A stretch of DNA of 64,000 nucleotides from an uncultured Verrucomicrobiae bacterium (lineage in GTDB: Bacteria; Verrucomicrobiota; Verrucomicrobiia; Chthoniobacterales; UBA10450). The translations under genes were made by a program, and so were the position numbers. The DNA is taken from positions 576,001 through 640,000 of the forward strand of contig CAWIBO010000002.1 of assembly GCA_963834385.1 (NCBI GenBank). The letters run 5' to 3'. This document shows, piece after piece, positions 36,340-45,171 of this stretch; the stretch's first letter is position 1, and every line of letters begins with the position of its first letter. Under the pieces are notes generated by a model. The model did not search any database. It had not been told where the DNA came from and saw only the letters and a list, made by a program, of their open reading frames with translations.

Positions 36340-37596
36340 GTGAACACCAGGAACCGCAGAGTCGTCATCACCGGCATGGGCGTCATCACGCCCGTGGGCA
36401 ACGATCTCGCCCAGTTCTGGCACAGCATCGCCAACGGCGTCAGCGGCATCCGCCCGATCGACGCCTTCGACACCTCACAGTACGACTGCCGCATCGGCGG
36501 GCAGGTGCGCGACTTCAATCCGGCTCTCTATTTCAAGAACCCCAAGGATGTCCGGCGCACCGATCGGTTCGCCCAGTTCGGCATGGCCGCGGCCAAGCTG
36601 GCCCTGCAGGACAGCGGCGTGGAAATGGACAAGGTCCGGCGGGACCGCTTCGGCGTTCTCGTCAGCAGCGGCATCGGCGGCCTGAAAACGCTCGAGGACC
36701 AGCACACCACGCTCATGAACAAGGGACCGCAGCGTGTCTCCGCCTTCACCATTCCCATGCTGATCAGCAACATGGCCAGCGGGCTGATCTCGATGGAATA
36801 CGGGCTGGAAGGGCCGAACATGTGCATCGTCACGGCCTGCGCCACTTCCAACAACGCCATCGGGGAATCGTGGCGCATGATCAAATTCGGCGATGCCGAC
36901 ATTTTCCTCGCCGGCGGCTCGGAGGCCTCCATCATCCCGATCGGCCTCGCCGGGTTCAGCGCCATGAAAGCTCTCAGCACCCGCAACGACGAGCCGGAAA
37001 AAGCTTCCCGGCCCTGGGACCGCGACCGCGACGGTTTTGTCATGGGCGAAGGCGCCGGGGTGGTCGTGGTGGAGGAACTCGAACACGCCCGGGCCCGCGG
37101 CGCGCAAATCTATTGCGAGCTGAACGGCTACGGCCTTTCCTCCGATGCCTATCACATGACGGCGCCTCCTCCCGATGGCGGCGGCGCGGCCCGGGCCATG
37201 AAAATCGCGCTCGACCATGCCCACATCAACCCGACCGAGGTTGATTACGTGAACGCGCACGCCACTTCCACGGGACTGGGCGACGTGGCTGAGACCAAGG
37301 CGATCAAGACCGTCTTCGGCGAGCACGCCAAAAACGGGCTCAGCATCAGCTCAACCAAGTCCATGACGGGCCATCTTCTCGGCGGCGCCGGCGCGGTCGA
37401 GATGGCCGCCTGCGCCCTTGCGATCAAGCACGGCGTGGTGCCGCCGACGATCAACCTCGATAACCCGGACGAGCAATGCGACCTCGATTACACGCCACAC
37501 GTGGCGAAAGAGCGTGCGATTCGCGTGGCGGTGAACAATTCCTTCGGGTTCGGCGGGCATAACGCCACCCTCATCGTTTCGAAGTTCGAGGGCTGA
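36340..37596 (+). CDS. fabF: Beta-ketoacyl-ACP synthase II
   Basis: GTG start at 36340; RRVVITGMG, TACATS, NAHATST, KSMTGHLLG, NSFGFGGHN. Confidence 0.95.
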   Translation: MNTRNRRVVITGMGVITPVGNDLAQFWHSIANGVSGIRPIDAFDTSQYDCRIGGQVRDFNPALYFKNPKDVRRTDRFAQFGMAAAKLALQDSGVEMDKVRRDRFGVLVSSGIGGLKTLEDQHTTLMNKGPQRVSAFTIPMLISNMASGLISMEYGLEGPNMCIVTACATSNNAIGESWRMIKFGDADIFLAGGSEASIIPIGLAGFSAMKALSTRNDEPEKASRPWDRDRDGFVMGEGAGVVVVEELEHARARGAQIYCELNGYGLSSDAYHMTAPPPDGGGAARAMKIALDHAHINPTEVDYVNAHATSTGLGDVAETKAIKTVFGEHAKNGLSISSTKSMTGHLLGGAGAVEMAACALAIKHGVVPPTINLDNPDEQCDLDYTPHVAKERAIRVAVNNSFGFGGHNATLIVSKFEG

Positions 37597-37629
37597 GCCC
37601 CGCTCTTCCCGGCGGTTTCTTCCGCGACC

Positions 37630-38106
37630 TTATTTCGTGTCGGCGAAGATCGGCGCGCCTTCGATGTCGCTGGCATCGAACTTGAAGCCATGTCCGCCGC
37701 CGTTGGCCGCGAGCGTCTTCAGGAGCTGCGCCACGTTCTGCGCGGCGGAGGAAGAGTAAAACCGGACCAGGCCCACGGTGGTGCGCCGGCCAAAGACCGT
37801 GATCATGATCGTGTCGTCGTCGACCGAGTTCATGAAGATGTGATTGCCGTTTCCCTGGTGGTAAAGAGCGTTGAACTCCACCTCGCCGATCCGGCGGGCC
37901 AGTTCCTTGGTCGCGGCAAACGAACCCGCCGCGAGCGCAGCAATGATGGTCACGTCCATCACCGTCATGTCGCCAAACTGGGAGATGACGTTGCCGCCCC
38001 GGTCGATCACGACCGTCAGTTCCGCCTCCGCTTTCTTCAGGAAATCGCCGAGGACGCCGTCGAGCGTGGCGACATCCTCGATGGTCAGACAGGGAATCGC
38101 GTTCAT
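37630..38106 (-). CDS. mglB: MglB, roadblock/LC7 GAP partner of MglA
   Basis: Start MNAIP at 38106; IDRGG, AALAAGSFAATKELARRIGE.EF..LYHQG and TVGLVR align with Myxococcus MglB. Confidence 0.9.
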   Translation of the reverse strand: MNAIPCLTIEDVATLDGVLGDFLKKAEAELTVVIDRGGNVISQFGDMTVMDVTIIAALAAGSFAATKELARRIGEVEFNALYHQGNGNHIFMNSVDDDTIMITVFGRRTTVGLVRFYSSSAAQNVAQLLKTLAANGGGHGFKFDASDIEGAPIFADTK

Positions 38107-38753
38107 ACGCCGGCCCCCTGCCTGGTCCCGCTTTCCGCCCGGGGCGGACCGCTGGCGGCCTCCCCCTGCTTGCTGAACTTGTGCAGGAGCACCTGCGAGA
38201 CCGCATTGAGCGCGGCGAAAACATTCTGGCCCGTGCTCGAAACCACCTCGAAACTCTGCACCCGCCGTTTCCGGTTGTTCAGCACGTACTCCATGTAATT
38301 GACCGGCGCGATGTTCGGGAGATCGCGTTTGTTGTACTGGAGGACGTAGGGAATATCGTCGATCGAGACGTTCTGCTTGGCCAGGTTGTCCTCGAGATTC
38401 TTGAAGCTCTCGACGTTCTCCTCCATCTTTTCCCACTGCGAATCGGCCACGAAGACAATCCCGTCCACGCTCCGGAGCACGAGCTGGCGGGTGGCGTTAT
38501 AGATGACCTGGCCCGGCACGGTATAGAGCTGGAACTTGGTCACGAACCCCTTGATCACGACCGCGTTCAGCGGCAGGAAATCGAAGAAAAGGGTGCGGTC
38601 GGCCGCGGTGGCCAGAGACACAAGGTCGCCCCGGTTTTCCGGGCTGATGCGCTGGTGAATGTAACCGAGGTTGGTGGTCTTGCCGCACAGCGCCGGACCG
38701 TAATAGACGATCTTGAACTGAATTTCGCGGCTCGCGTAGTTAATGATGGACAT
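38103..38753 (-). CDS. mglA: MglA small GTPase (group 1)
   Basis: INYASREI.FKIVYYGP.LCGKTTNL, DRTLFFDFLP (Arg finger), YTVPGQ, FVADSQ, YNKRDLP. Confidence 0.95.
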   Translation of the reverse strand: MSIINYASREIQFKIVYYGPALCGKTTNLGYIHQRISPENRGDLVSLATAADRTLFFDFLPLNAVVIKGFVTKFQLYTVPGQVIYNATRQLVLRSVDGIVFVADSQWEKMEENVESFKNLEDNLAKQNVSIDDIPYVLQYNKRDLPNIAPVNYMEYVLNNRKRRVQSFEVVSSTGQNVFAALNAVSQVLLHKFSKQGEAASGPPRAESGTRQGAGV

Positions 38754-40695
38754 GAGCAGTCTCCGGTTGCGAGTAGATCGCGGATAATTCCTTCACCATG
38801 GTGGCGAGCTCCTCGCGGATTCCCGTCGCGAGTTCACCGGCGGCATGCAGGGCGGCGAGGCAGATGTTTCCGTGCATGAAAAAGCTGACGGTCGAGGACG
38901 CGCCGTGCAGCGTCATCGCCTGAAATTCTCCGAAACGGGTCGCGACCATATGGGTGGCGACCTTCTGGAGCAGCGTTGGTGCCATCGCGCAAAGTCCTTC
39001 CGCCTCCAGTTCGTCGGGCAGGTTGCCCGCCAGGCTCAGGCCGTCCGCAAAGGAGATCGCGCAGGCTTTCACCCCGGCCAGCCCGCTCGCTTTCGCCACC
39101 ACTGCCTTGGCGTCCAGGCCCTCGGTTTTCGGCGCCGGGGCGGGCGTGGCCTTGGGGACGGGCTCGGTCGACGGCTTCTTTTCCGCCAGGACGGGCAGAG
39201 CCGGTTCTTTCGCGACGACCGGCTGGGTCGGCGAAGCCGTCAGCATCGGCGGCGTTTCCCGGGCGGGAGGAACGGGCGCGGGTGCCGCGGGCAGGCTCGG
39301 CTTCTCCACCTTCGGCGCGGGCGCAGCGGGAGCACCGCCACCGCTGAACCGCTTCGCATCCTCTTCGGCCGCGGCCGAGAACGGGGTGGCAAAGGTCTCG
39401 CCCTGGACCGATTCCTCCTGGTCGTCGCGCATTTTCAGCGTGGCCGAGGGGAGATTGATCAGGACTTCCTGCAACGGGAGCATGACCGGGGCGGAATTGT
39501 CCTCCGCGACAAAATATTCCCGGTATTCGGCAGGCAATCCCGCAGCGAAAACTTCCGGGGAAACCGAGATCTTTCCAGTCACCAGTTGCGGCTCGACCAG
39601 GGCGAGACCGATCTCAAACCTGGCTTCGGCCGGCACCGTGCCGGGATCACCTTTGCGCTGGAACTCGAGCAGATTCTCCAGCACCGCGCGCAGGCTGAGG
39701 GTGATCTTGCGGTCGTCCTTCGGCGCCGGGGTCAGGGCGACGGGCGCGGGCCCGGCTGCGTCGGCGCGCGGGCGCGCCGCCTCGCTCGGCGCCGCGATCT
39801 TGAAGGGAATGCGCGCCGGACCGCCGGCGGCCGCTTTTGAATCCACCGTTGGGACGGACGGCCCGCTCGAGGCTGGAACTATCTCGGGGGCGGACACGCC
39901 CGTCCCGTTCGGTGGAATTTGGAAAGCGATGCGCGTGGGGGCGGCCGGAGGATCGACCAGCGAAACGCGGCGCGGGGCGGCGGGAACGCTGGGTGCCTTC
40001 ACCTTGAGGGCGGCGGCGGCCGACTCCGGTTGTGCCTTGGCAATCGACTCGGCCGTGGCCGGCTCGAGGCAGACCGGCGGCATGTCCGAGGTCTCGATCG
40101 GCTCGTTCGGCAGCCCGAAACGTTTGTTGTCCTCGAGGGTCACATTCAGGAAGGGTGTTTCCACCTGCGGCACCATCTGGTCGCGGACCTGGTCGCGCCG
40201 GATCTTCATGTGCGAGAACGCCTCCAGCACTTTCTGGAACGGCAGCACGATCATGGTCGGGTCGGTCGGCGCGATCGTGCGCAGGAAAACTTCGGGCATC
40301 TGCCGGTGGATACTGGCGAGGGAGGCTTCCGGTTTGCCCGCGGCCATTCCCTTCTCGACTTCCGCGGCCTTGAACAGGACCGGCCGTTTCCGGTCGAGAC
40401 TTTCGATGGGCTTGGCCACGCCTTCCGGGAAAAGGGGATGTATCTCGGAGAGCGGAAGGGAGAGAACGCGCTCCACCCGCGGCTCGAGCGCGAGGGCCAC
40501 GGCCGGCGGAATGCCGCGTGATTCCTGGGCGCGCCCTTCGCCGTTTTCGCCGGGAGGACGAACCGCGCTGGGGAGGACGGTCTTGCTCAGCCGTTCGCTT
40601 TCCGGCTTGGTCGCCACGAGCGGCGGCGGAGGCTCCGCCACGGCCGCCGCGGTCTTCGGGCCGCGCTTGAAGAGATGCAGAAAGGGGATCGTCAT
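38740..40695 (-). CDS. Pro/Ala-rich protein with a duplicated ~120-aa domain and C-terminal roadblock/LC7 domain
   Basis: Internal repeat LPxQxVL..KxRxDQ..TPF..EDxKRF occurs twice; C-terminal GVKACAISFADGL..AEGLCAM roadblock pattern; overlaps the mglA start. Confidence 0.75.
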   Translation of the reverse strand: MTIPFLHLFKRGPKTAAAVAEPPPPLVATKPESERLSKTVLPSAVRPPGENGEGRAQESRGIPPAVALALEPRVERVLSLPLSEIHPLFPEGVAKPIESLDRKRPVLFKAAEVEKGMAAGKPEASLASIHRQMPEVFLRTIAPTDPTMIVLPFQKVLEAFSHMKIRRDQVRDQMVPQVETPFLNVTLEDNKRFGLPNEPIETSDMPPVCLEPATAESIAKAQPESAAAALKVKAPSVPAAPRRVSLVDPPAAPTRIAFQIPPNGTGVSAPEIVPASSGPSVPTVDSKAAAGGPARIPFKIAAPSEAARPRADAAGPAPVALTPAPKDDRKITLSLRAVLENLLEFQRKGDPGTVPAEARFEIGLALVEPQLVTGKISVSPEVFAAGLPAEYREYFVAEDNSAPVMLPLQEVLINLPSATLKMRDDQEESVQGETFATPFSAAAEEDAKRFSGGGAPAAPAPKVEKPSLPAAPAPVPPARETPPMLTASPTQPVVAKEPALPVLAEKKPSTEPVPKATPAPAPKTEGLDAKAVVAKASGLAGVKACAISFADGLSLAGNLPDELEAEGLCAMAPTLLQKVATHMVATRFGEFQAMTLHGASSTVSFFMHGNICLAALHAAGELATGIREELATMVKELSAIYSQPETAHVHH

Positions 40696-40696
40696 C

Positions 40697-42415
40697 CTAA
40701 TGGTCCTCCGCGGTCACGCGCCAGATTTCCTCGAGCGTGGTGACCCCTTCCATGGCCTTGTCGATGCCGACCATGCGGAGGGTTTTCATTCCCTCGGTCA
40801 CGGCCTGGTTCTTGATCACCGTGGCGGACGCCCGCTTAATGATGAGACGGCGGACGGACTCGCTCACCGGCAGCGCCTCGATGATGGCGGCGCGCCCGAG
40901 ATAGCCCCGGTTCTTGCAACGGTCGCAGCCGCTGCCCTGGTAAAAAATCTGGTCGGCGTTCGACTGCAGCCCGAGGCGTTCCATGATCTCCGGCCCAGGC
41001 TGGAACTCTTCACGGCAGTTCGTGCAGATGCGGCGGACAAGACGCTGGGCGCAGGTCAGGATGATCGAGCTCGAGATCAGGAACGGCTCGATGCCCATGT
41101 CGTCGAGACGGGTGATGGCGCCGGCGGCGTCATTGGTGTGCAGGGTGGAAAGGACCTGGTGACCGGTCAAAGCCGCTTTCACCGCGATGTCGGCGGTCTC
41201 GTTGTCACGAATTTCACCGACCATGACGATGTCCGGATCCTGACGCAGAATGGAGCGAAGGGCGGAAGCGAAATCGAGGCCGATGTCGTTGCGCACCGCC
41301 ACCTGGTTGATACCGGTCAGCTCGTACTCGATCGGGTCCTCGACCGTGACGATGTTATACTGCGGACTGTTCAGTTCCTGCAGGACGGAATAAAGCGTGG
41401 TCGTTTTGCCGGAACCGGTGGGACCGGTCACAAGGATCATCCCGTGCGGGGCGTCGATCGCGGCCTTGAACTTGGCCACAGTCCCCTCGTCCATCCCCAT
41501 CTGGTCGATGCTGCCGGTGAGCGCCGACTTGTCCAAAATACGGATAACGATCTTCTCGCCGTAGGCCGTGGGCAGAATGGAGATACGCAGGTCGACTTCC
41601 TTGCCCAGGACCTTGATGCGAAAACGGCCATCCTGCGGGATGCGGCGCTCGGCGATGTTCAGGCCGGCCAGAATCTTGATGCGGGAGGTGATGGCCAGTT
41701 GCAGACCCTTGGGCGGGGATTCCGCCGCGATCAGTTCGCCATCGATGCGGTAGCGCAGCTTGAGGGAGCGCTGGAAGGGCTCGATGTGGATGTCGGACGC
41801 CTTTTCCTTGATCGCCTGGACCAGGATCAGGTTGACGATCTTGATCACCGGGGCCTCTTCCGTGCCGGCGGCCAGGCGGTCGATGTCGATCTCCTCCCGG
41901 CCGGCGTTCTCCACTTCGACGCCGTCGCTGCCGACCTCGTCGGCCACCTGCTTGAGCATGTCCTGCATGTTGGCGCCGCCGCCGTGCGCCCCGGACAGGG
42001 CATCGGTGACCGCGCGCTCGGTCGCGATCATCGGCACCACTTCCATCTGGACCCGGCGCTTTACGTCGTCGATCGCGAGGACGTTGGTCGGGTCGGCCAT
42101 GGCCACGAAGAGCTTGCCGTCGAGGCGGGCAATGGGGACGAGCTTGTTCGTCTTCGCCATTTCCCGGGGCACGAGCGACAGCACGTCCTCGGGGACATGC
42201 AGCTTGCAGAGATTGATCGGGGCCGTGTTCAGGCAACGGCCCATGCTGAAGACCATGTCCTGCTCGGTGACAAAATGCTTGTCGGTCAGGATCTTGAGCA
42301 GTCGGCCGCCCTCGCTCTGCTGGATGCCGATCGCTTCCTCGAGCTGGTTCGGCAGGAGGAGACCGTCCTCGATCAGGACGTCGGCGATGCGTTCTCCGAA
42401 AGATTTGCTTCTCAT
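40697..42415 (-). CDS. pilB: PilB/GspE family extension ATPase
   Basis: MshEN-like N-terminus; ASDIHIEP, PQDGR, GPTGSGKTTT, TVEDPIE, LRQDPD, GHQVLSTLHTN, CxxC..CxxC. Confidence 0.92.
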   Translation of the reverse strand: MRSKSFGERIADVLIEDGLLLPNQLEEAIGIQQSEGGRLLKILTDKHFVTEQDMVFSMGRCLNTAPINLCKLHVPEDVLSLVPREMAKTNKLVPIARLDGKLFVAMADPTNVLAIDDVKRRVQMEVVPMIATERAVTDALSGAHGGGANMQDMLKQVADEVGSDGVEVENAGREEIDIDRLAAGTEEAPVIKIVNLILVQAIKEKASDIHIEPFQRSLKLRYRIDGELIAAESPPKGLQLAITSRIKILAGLNIAERRIPQDGRFRIKVLGKEVDLRISILPTAYGEKIVIRILDKSALTGSIDQMGMDEGTVAKFKAAIDAPHGMILVTGPTGSGKTTTLYSVLQELNSPQYNIVTVEDPIEYELTGINQVAVRNDIGLDFASALRSILRQDPDIVMVGEIRDNETADIAVKAALTGHQVLSTLHTNDAAGAITRLDDMGIEPFLISSSIILTCAQRLVRRICTNCREEFQPGPEIMERLGLQSNADQIFYQGSGCDRCKNRGYLGRAAIIEALPVSESVRRLIIKRASATVIKNQAVTEGMKTLRMVGIDKAMEGVTTLEEIWRVTAEDH

Positions 42416-42427
42416 GGTCTTCCGGGT

Positions 42428-43327
42428 TTAGGCACGCGATTCCAGGCGGTAGATATCCTGGAGCGACTTCACGATGGCGCCCGGGCGGGCCAGGTACCAC
42501 GAGACCGTGTAATCAAGCGACTGCTGGACGGCCTCGCGGCCCTCCACGTCAAAAGGATTGCAGCAGGCCACCATGACGGTGCGGCTGATCAGGTCGAAAG
42601 GGATAAAGAGGCGCCCAAGAGTGAGATGATCCGGGAGCATGCGCGCGAGCTGGCGATCGACGTCGTAATACTCGAGGGGCACATAGGAGAACTTGGTCCG
42701 GTCGATCACGGCCGAGAGGATCCGGTCGAGGCGATCGGTGTCCTGGCGGCAGACTTTTTCCAGGAGCGAGGCGGCCATGGCCTGCCCACTCAGGTCCTTG
42801 TTCAGGTGTTTGGTGGTGTCGAGCGCCTTGGAGACTTCGTCCTCGGGGGCAAGCTGTTGCACGATAAGAAACTTGGCCAGCTGATCGTCGCCCCGGTCCT
42901 GGAGGTCGTGGGAGCGGTTGGAGCCGCGGCCGCCCGGCTCAAGAAGCGAACCGTTGGCGTCGTAATTATGCTGCACCATCAGACCGGTCTTGGGGCCGGG
43001 CGTGGCCGAGATGGAGTGGCCGGCGGCCTGGAGCCGGGACTCGATTTCGCCCAGCATGGCGAGGATCTCGGGAGCGTTCGGCTCTTTCAGGAGCATGGCC
43101 TCGCATTCCTGCAGGGCGAGGGAATAGGAACCGACGTTGTAATAGGCCTCGGCCAGCTTGCGCGAGACCCGCAGATATTCCTCCTGCCGGCCGACCTTGT
43201 GATAGGCCTCCTTCAGGATCTCGAGAGACTGATAGTCGTCGGGTTGTGTTTGAGTGATGACCTCAAACATCTCGATCGTCTGCAGAATCTGACTATGTTC
43301 CTCGTCGGATAACGTGTGTTCCAGCAC
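42428..43327 (-). CDS. TPR protein fused to an ATPase-less PilB/GspE N-terminal domain
   Basis: N-terminal TPR-like helices; C-terminal YVPL...LARMLP...IPFD...VACCNPFD mirrors the PilB N2 domain; start placed at GTG 43327 (43375 also possible). Confidence 0.7.
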   Translation of the reverse strand: MLEHTLSDEEHSQILQTIEMFEVITQTQPDDYQSLEILKEAYHKVGRQEEYLRVSRKLAEAYYNVGSYSLALQECEAMLLKEPNAPEILAMLGEIESRLQAAGHSISATPGPKTGLMVQHNYDANGSLLEPGGRGSNRSHDLQDRGDDQLAKFLIVQQLAPEDEVSKALDTTKHLNKDLSGQAMAASLLEKVCRQDTDRLDRILSAVIDRTKFSYVPLEYYDVDRQLARMLPDHLTLGRLFIPFDLISRTVMVACCNPFDVEGREAVQQSLDYTVSWYLARPGAIVKSLQDIYRLESRA

Positions 43328-43342
43328 AGCGTGGCCACTAAA

Positions 43343-43358
43343 AGCTAGAAGTGTGCCC
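43343..43358 (-). promoter_or_regulatory. Putative sigma-54 promoter of the TPR-pilB-mgl operon
   Basis: Minus strand GGGCAC-ACTTC-TAGCT keeps GG-N10-GC and lies ~15 nt before GTG 43327. Confidence 0.5.
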
Positions 43359-43514
43359 CTAAGGTCGGCCGCCACGGTAAATCGCCCAGGGTCGCCCGAT
43401 TTTCACGGGGAACCGGTGAGCGCGCCGGCTCCGGCGACGACCCAAAAAAAGACCGGCCACCTGAACTTTCAGGGCTTACAGCCGGCCAAAATCAGGTAAA
43501 GTAGCCACCCGCCC

Positions 43515-44021
43515 GTGACCTGCCCTGTCCGTCGTCAAACCGCGCCCCGCGCCGCCGCTTTCACCCTCATCGAGGTCATGGTGGTCATGGCCATCATCGC
43601 CATCGCGCTGGGGTTGCTCCTGCCGGCGCTGACGCCGACCACCGCCCGCGCGGTCGACGGCGCGACCCGCCAGTTTTTGTCCGACCTGGAAACGGCTCGC
43701 CTGAGCGCCATTTCCAGCCGCACGCACACGCGCATCGTGGCGACGCCACAAACCTACCAGGTCTCCGTCCTGAACCGGGCCACCGGAAATTGGGAGACGA
43801 GAAGCAAGACGGTGCGGTTCCCCGATGGAGTGGCGTTTGACCCGCCGCCGACGCTGGAGTTCCTCGCCAATGGCAGCACCAGCCTTGATCCGGCGGCAAC
43901 ACCGCACCCCGTGATCATTCGCGATGCCGTGGTTGCCGGCGCCACCGTGGTGGCAAAGAATGCCAGCCTGGTCCGGCGCATCGAAATCGATCCGCTCACG
44001 GGCGGCGCCATTCTCAGGTGA
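43515..44021 (+). CDS. Prepilin, FimU/GspH-like (Verru_Chthon cassette D-like)
   Basis: Class III signal A|FTLIEVMVVMAII; ARLSAIS; LEFLANGS; IEIDPLTG. Confidence 0.85.
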   Translation: MTCPVRRQTAPRAAAFTLIEVMVVMAIIAIALGLLLPALTPTTARAVDGATRQFLSDLETARLSAISSRTHTRIVATPQTYQVSVLNRATGNWETRSKTVRFPDGVAFDPPPTLEFLANGSTSLDPAATPHPVIIRDAVVAGATVVAKNASLVRRIEIDPLTGGAILR

Positions 44022-44452
44022 AGCACTTCAACCGCGGCTTTTCCCTGATTGAGGTTGTCCTCGCCCTCGGCGTGGTCAGCTTTTCCGTGCTCGCGCTGCT
44101 CGGACTGCTGGTGGTCGGCAACGAGACAAACAAATCTGCGCGTGATGAAACCATGGCGGCGCAACTGGCCGCCAACGAATTTGCGCGCCTGCGCTCCCTT
44201 CCCGCCGCGACCTTCCCCACGGTCTACCAGACCCGTTTCTTCAACAATCAACTGAGGGACCTGGGGACAAGTAAGAGCTCCGCAGTCGGGCAGGGAGCGG
44301 CCTACGAGTTTCGCGTGAACATCGTCACCCCCGCTGCGCCCGCTCCGGCTGACCGGGTTTTCAACGCCGAGGTGCGGTTTCCCGCCGCGGCACCTGACAA
44401 CAATCAAACGGTCTATCGTTTCACCACCTTGATGAATCTTCCCGCCTCATGA
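44018..44452 (+). CDS. Prepilin, PilV/GspI-like (Verru_Chthon cassette B-like)
   Basis: G|FSLIEVVLALGVVSFSVLALLGLL. Confidence 0.85.
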   Translation: MKHFNRGFSLIEVVLALGVVSFSVLALLGLLVVGNETNKSARDETMAAQLAANEFARLRSLPAATFPTVYQTRFFNNQLRDLGTSKSSAVGQGAAYEFRVNIVTPAAPAPADRVFNAEVRFPAAAPDNNQTVYRFTTLMNLPAS

Positions 44453-45171
44453 AGACGAGAGCTTTCACCCTGGTGGAGTTGCTGATTGCGCTCACCATTA
44501 CCGTGATCCTTGTGGTGCTGCTGGCGAGCGCAGTCTCGGCCGCGCTGGGCATGTGGCGGCAGGGGCGAAATCGAATCGACACTTTCCAGGTCGCCCGGCA
44601 GGTCCTTCTGCGCATCGGCGACGAACTGAAAGGCGCGCGGGCCATTCCAGGCCGCCTGCAATTTCTGGAAAACTCGCCACAGTTGGGCGCCGGCGCCGCC
44701 TACGCCACCACGAACCATGAAAAGGAGAACTGTTTCTTCGTCGGCCCCTATCCCAATTTGCAGAATGGGGATCTTTGCGTTTTTGCCTACCGCCTCAACG
44801 TCGAGACCCTTGAACTGGAGCGCGCTTTCTTCCCAAGCGCCGACGCCTGGGCTCCCGCATCGGGGAGCCGTTATCAGATCGGAGGCTATACCTACACGAA
44901 CCCATCGACCAGCGCGCCGCTCTGGCATCCGATCGCTCAGGGCATCGTCGATTTCGAGGTGCGCGCTTTCGACGTCGATGGGCATACCATTATTTCCCCG
45001 TGGGACTCGCAGACGCAGGGACGCGCCCCGAAGCGAGTCGTCATCCGGCTTCGCGCGGTGGACGACACCACCGCGGGCCGGCTCCAGGTTTTGACCGCCG
45101 GGACGCCCGCCCATACCCAGACTTTGCTGGAAGCGGCACGAGAATTTTCCACCGAGATCTGGCTGCCCTGA
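44449..45171 (+). CDS. Prepilin, PilW/GspJ-like (Verru_Chthon cassette C-like)
   Basis: A|FTLVELLIALTI; C-terminal PKRVVIRLRAVD. Confidence 0.85.
   Translation: MKTRAFTLVELLIALTITVILVVLLASAVSAALGMWRQGRNRIDTFQVARQVLLRIGDELKGARAIPGRLQFLENSPQLGAGAAYATTNHEKENCFFVGPYPNLQNGDLCVFAYRLNVETLELERAFFPSADAWAPASGSRYQIGGYTYTNPSTSAPLWHPIAQGIVDFEVRAFDVDGHTIISPWDSQTQGRAPKRVVIRLRAVDDTTAGRLQVLTAGTPAHTQTLLEAAREFSTEIWLP

Noticed and set aside
38954..43312. 1452-aa plus-strand ORF
   Set aside because: Antisense shadow of pilB and its neighbours, expected in high-GC DNA; no recognisable motifs
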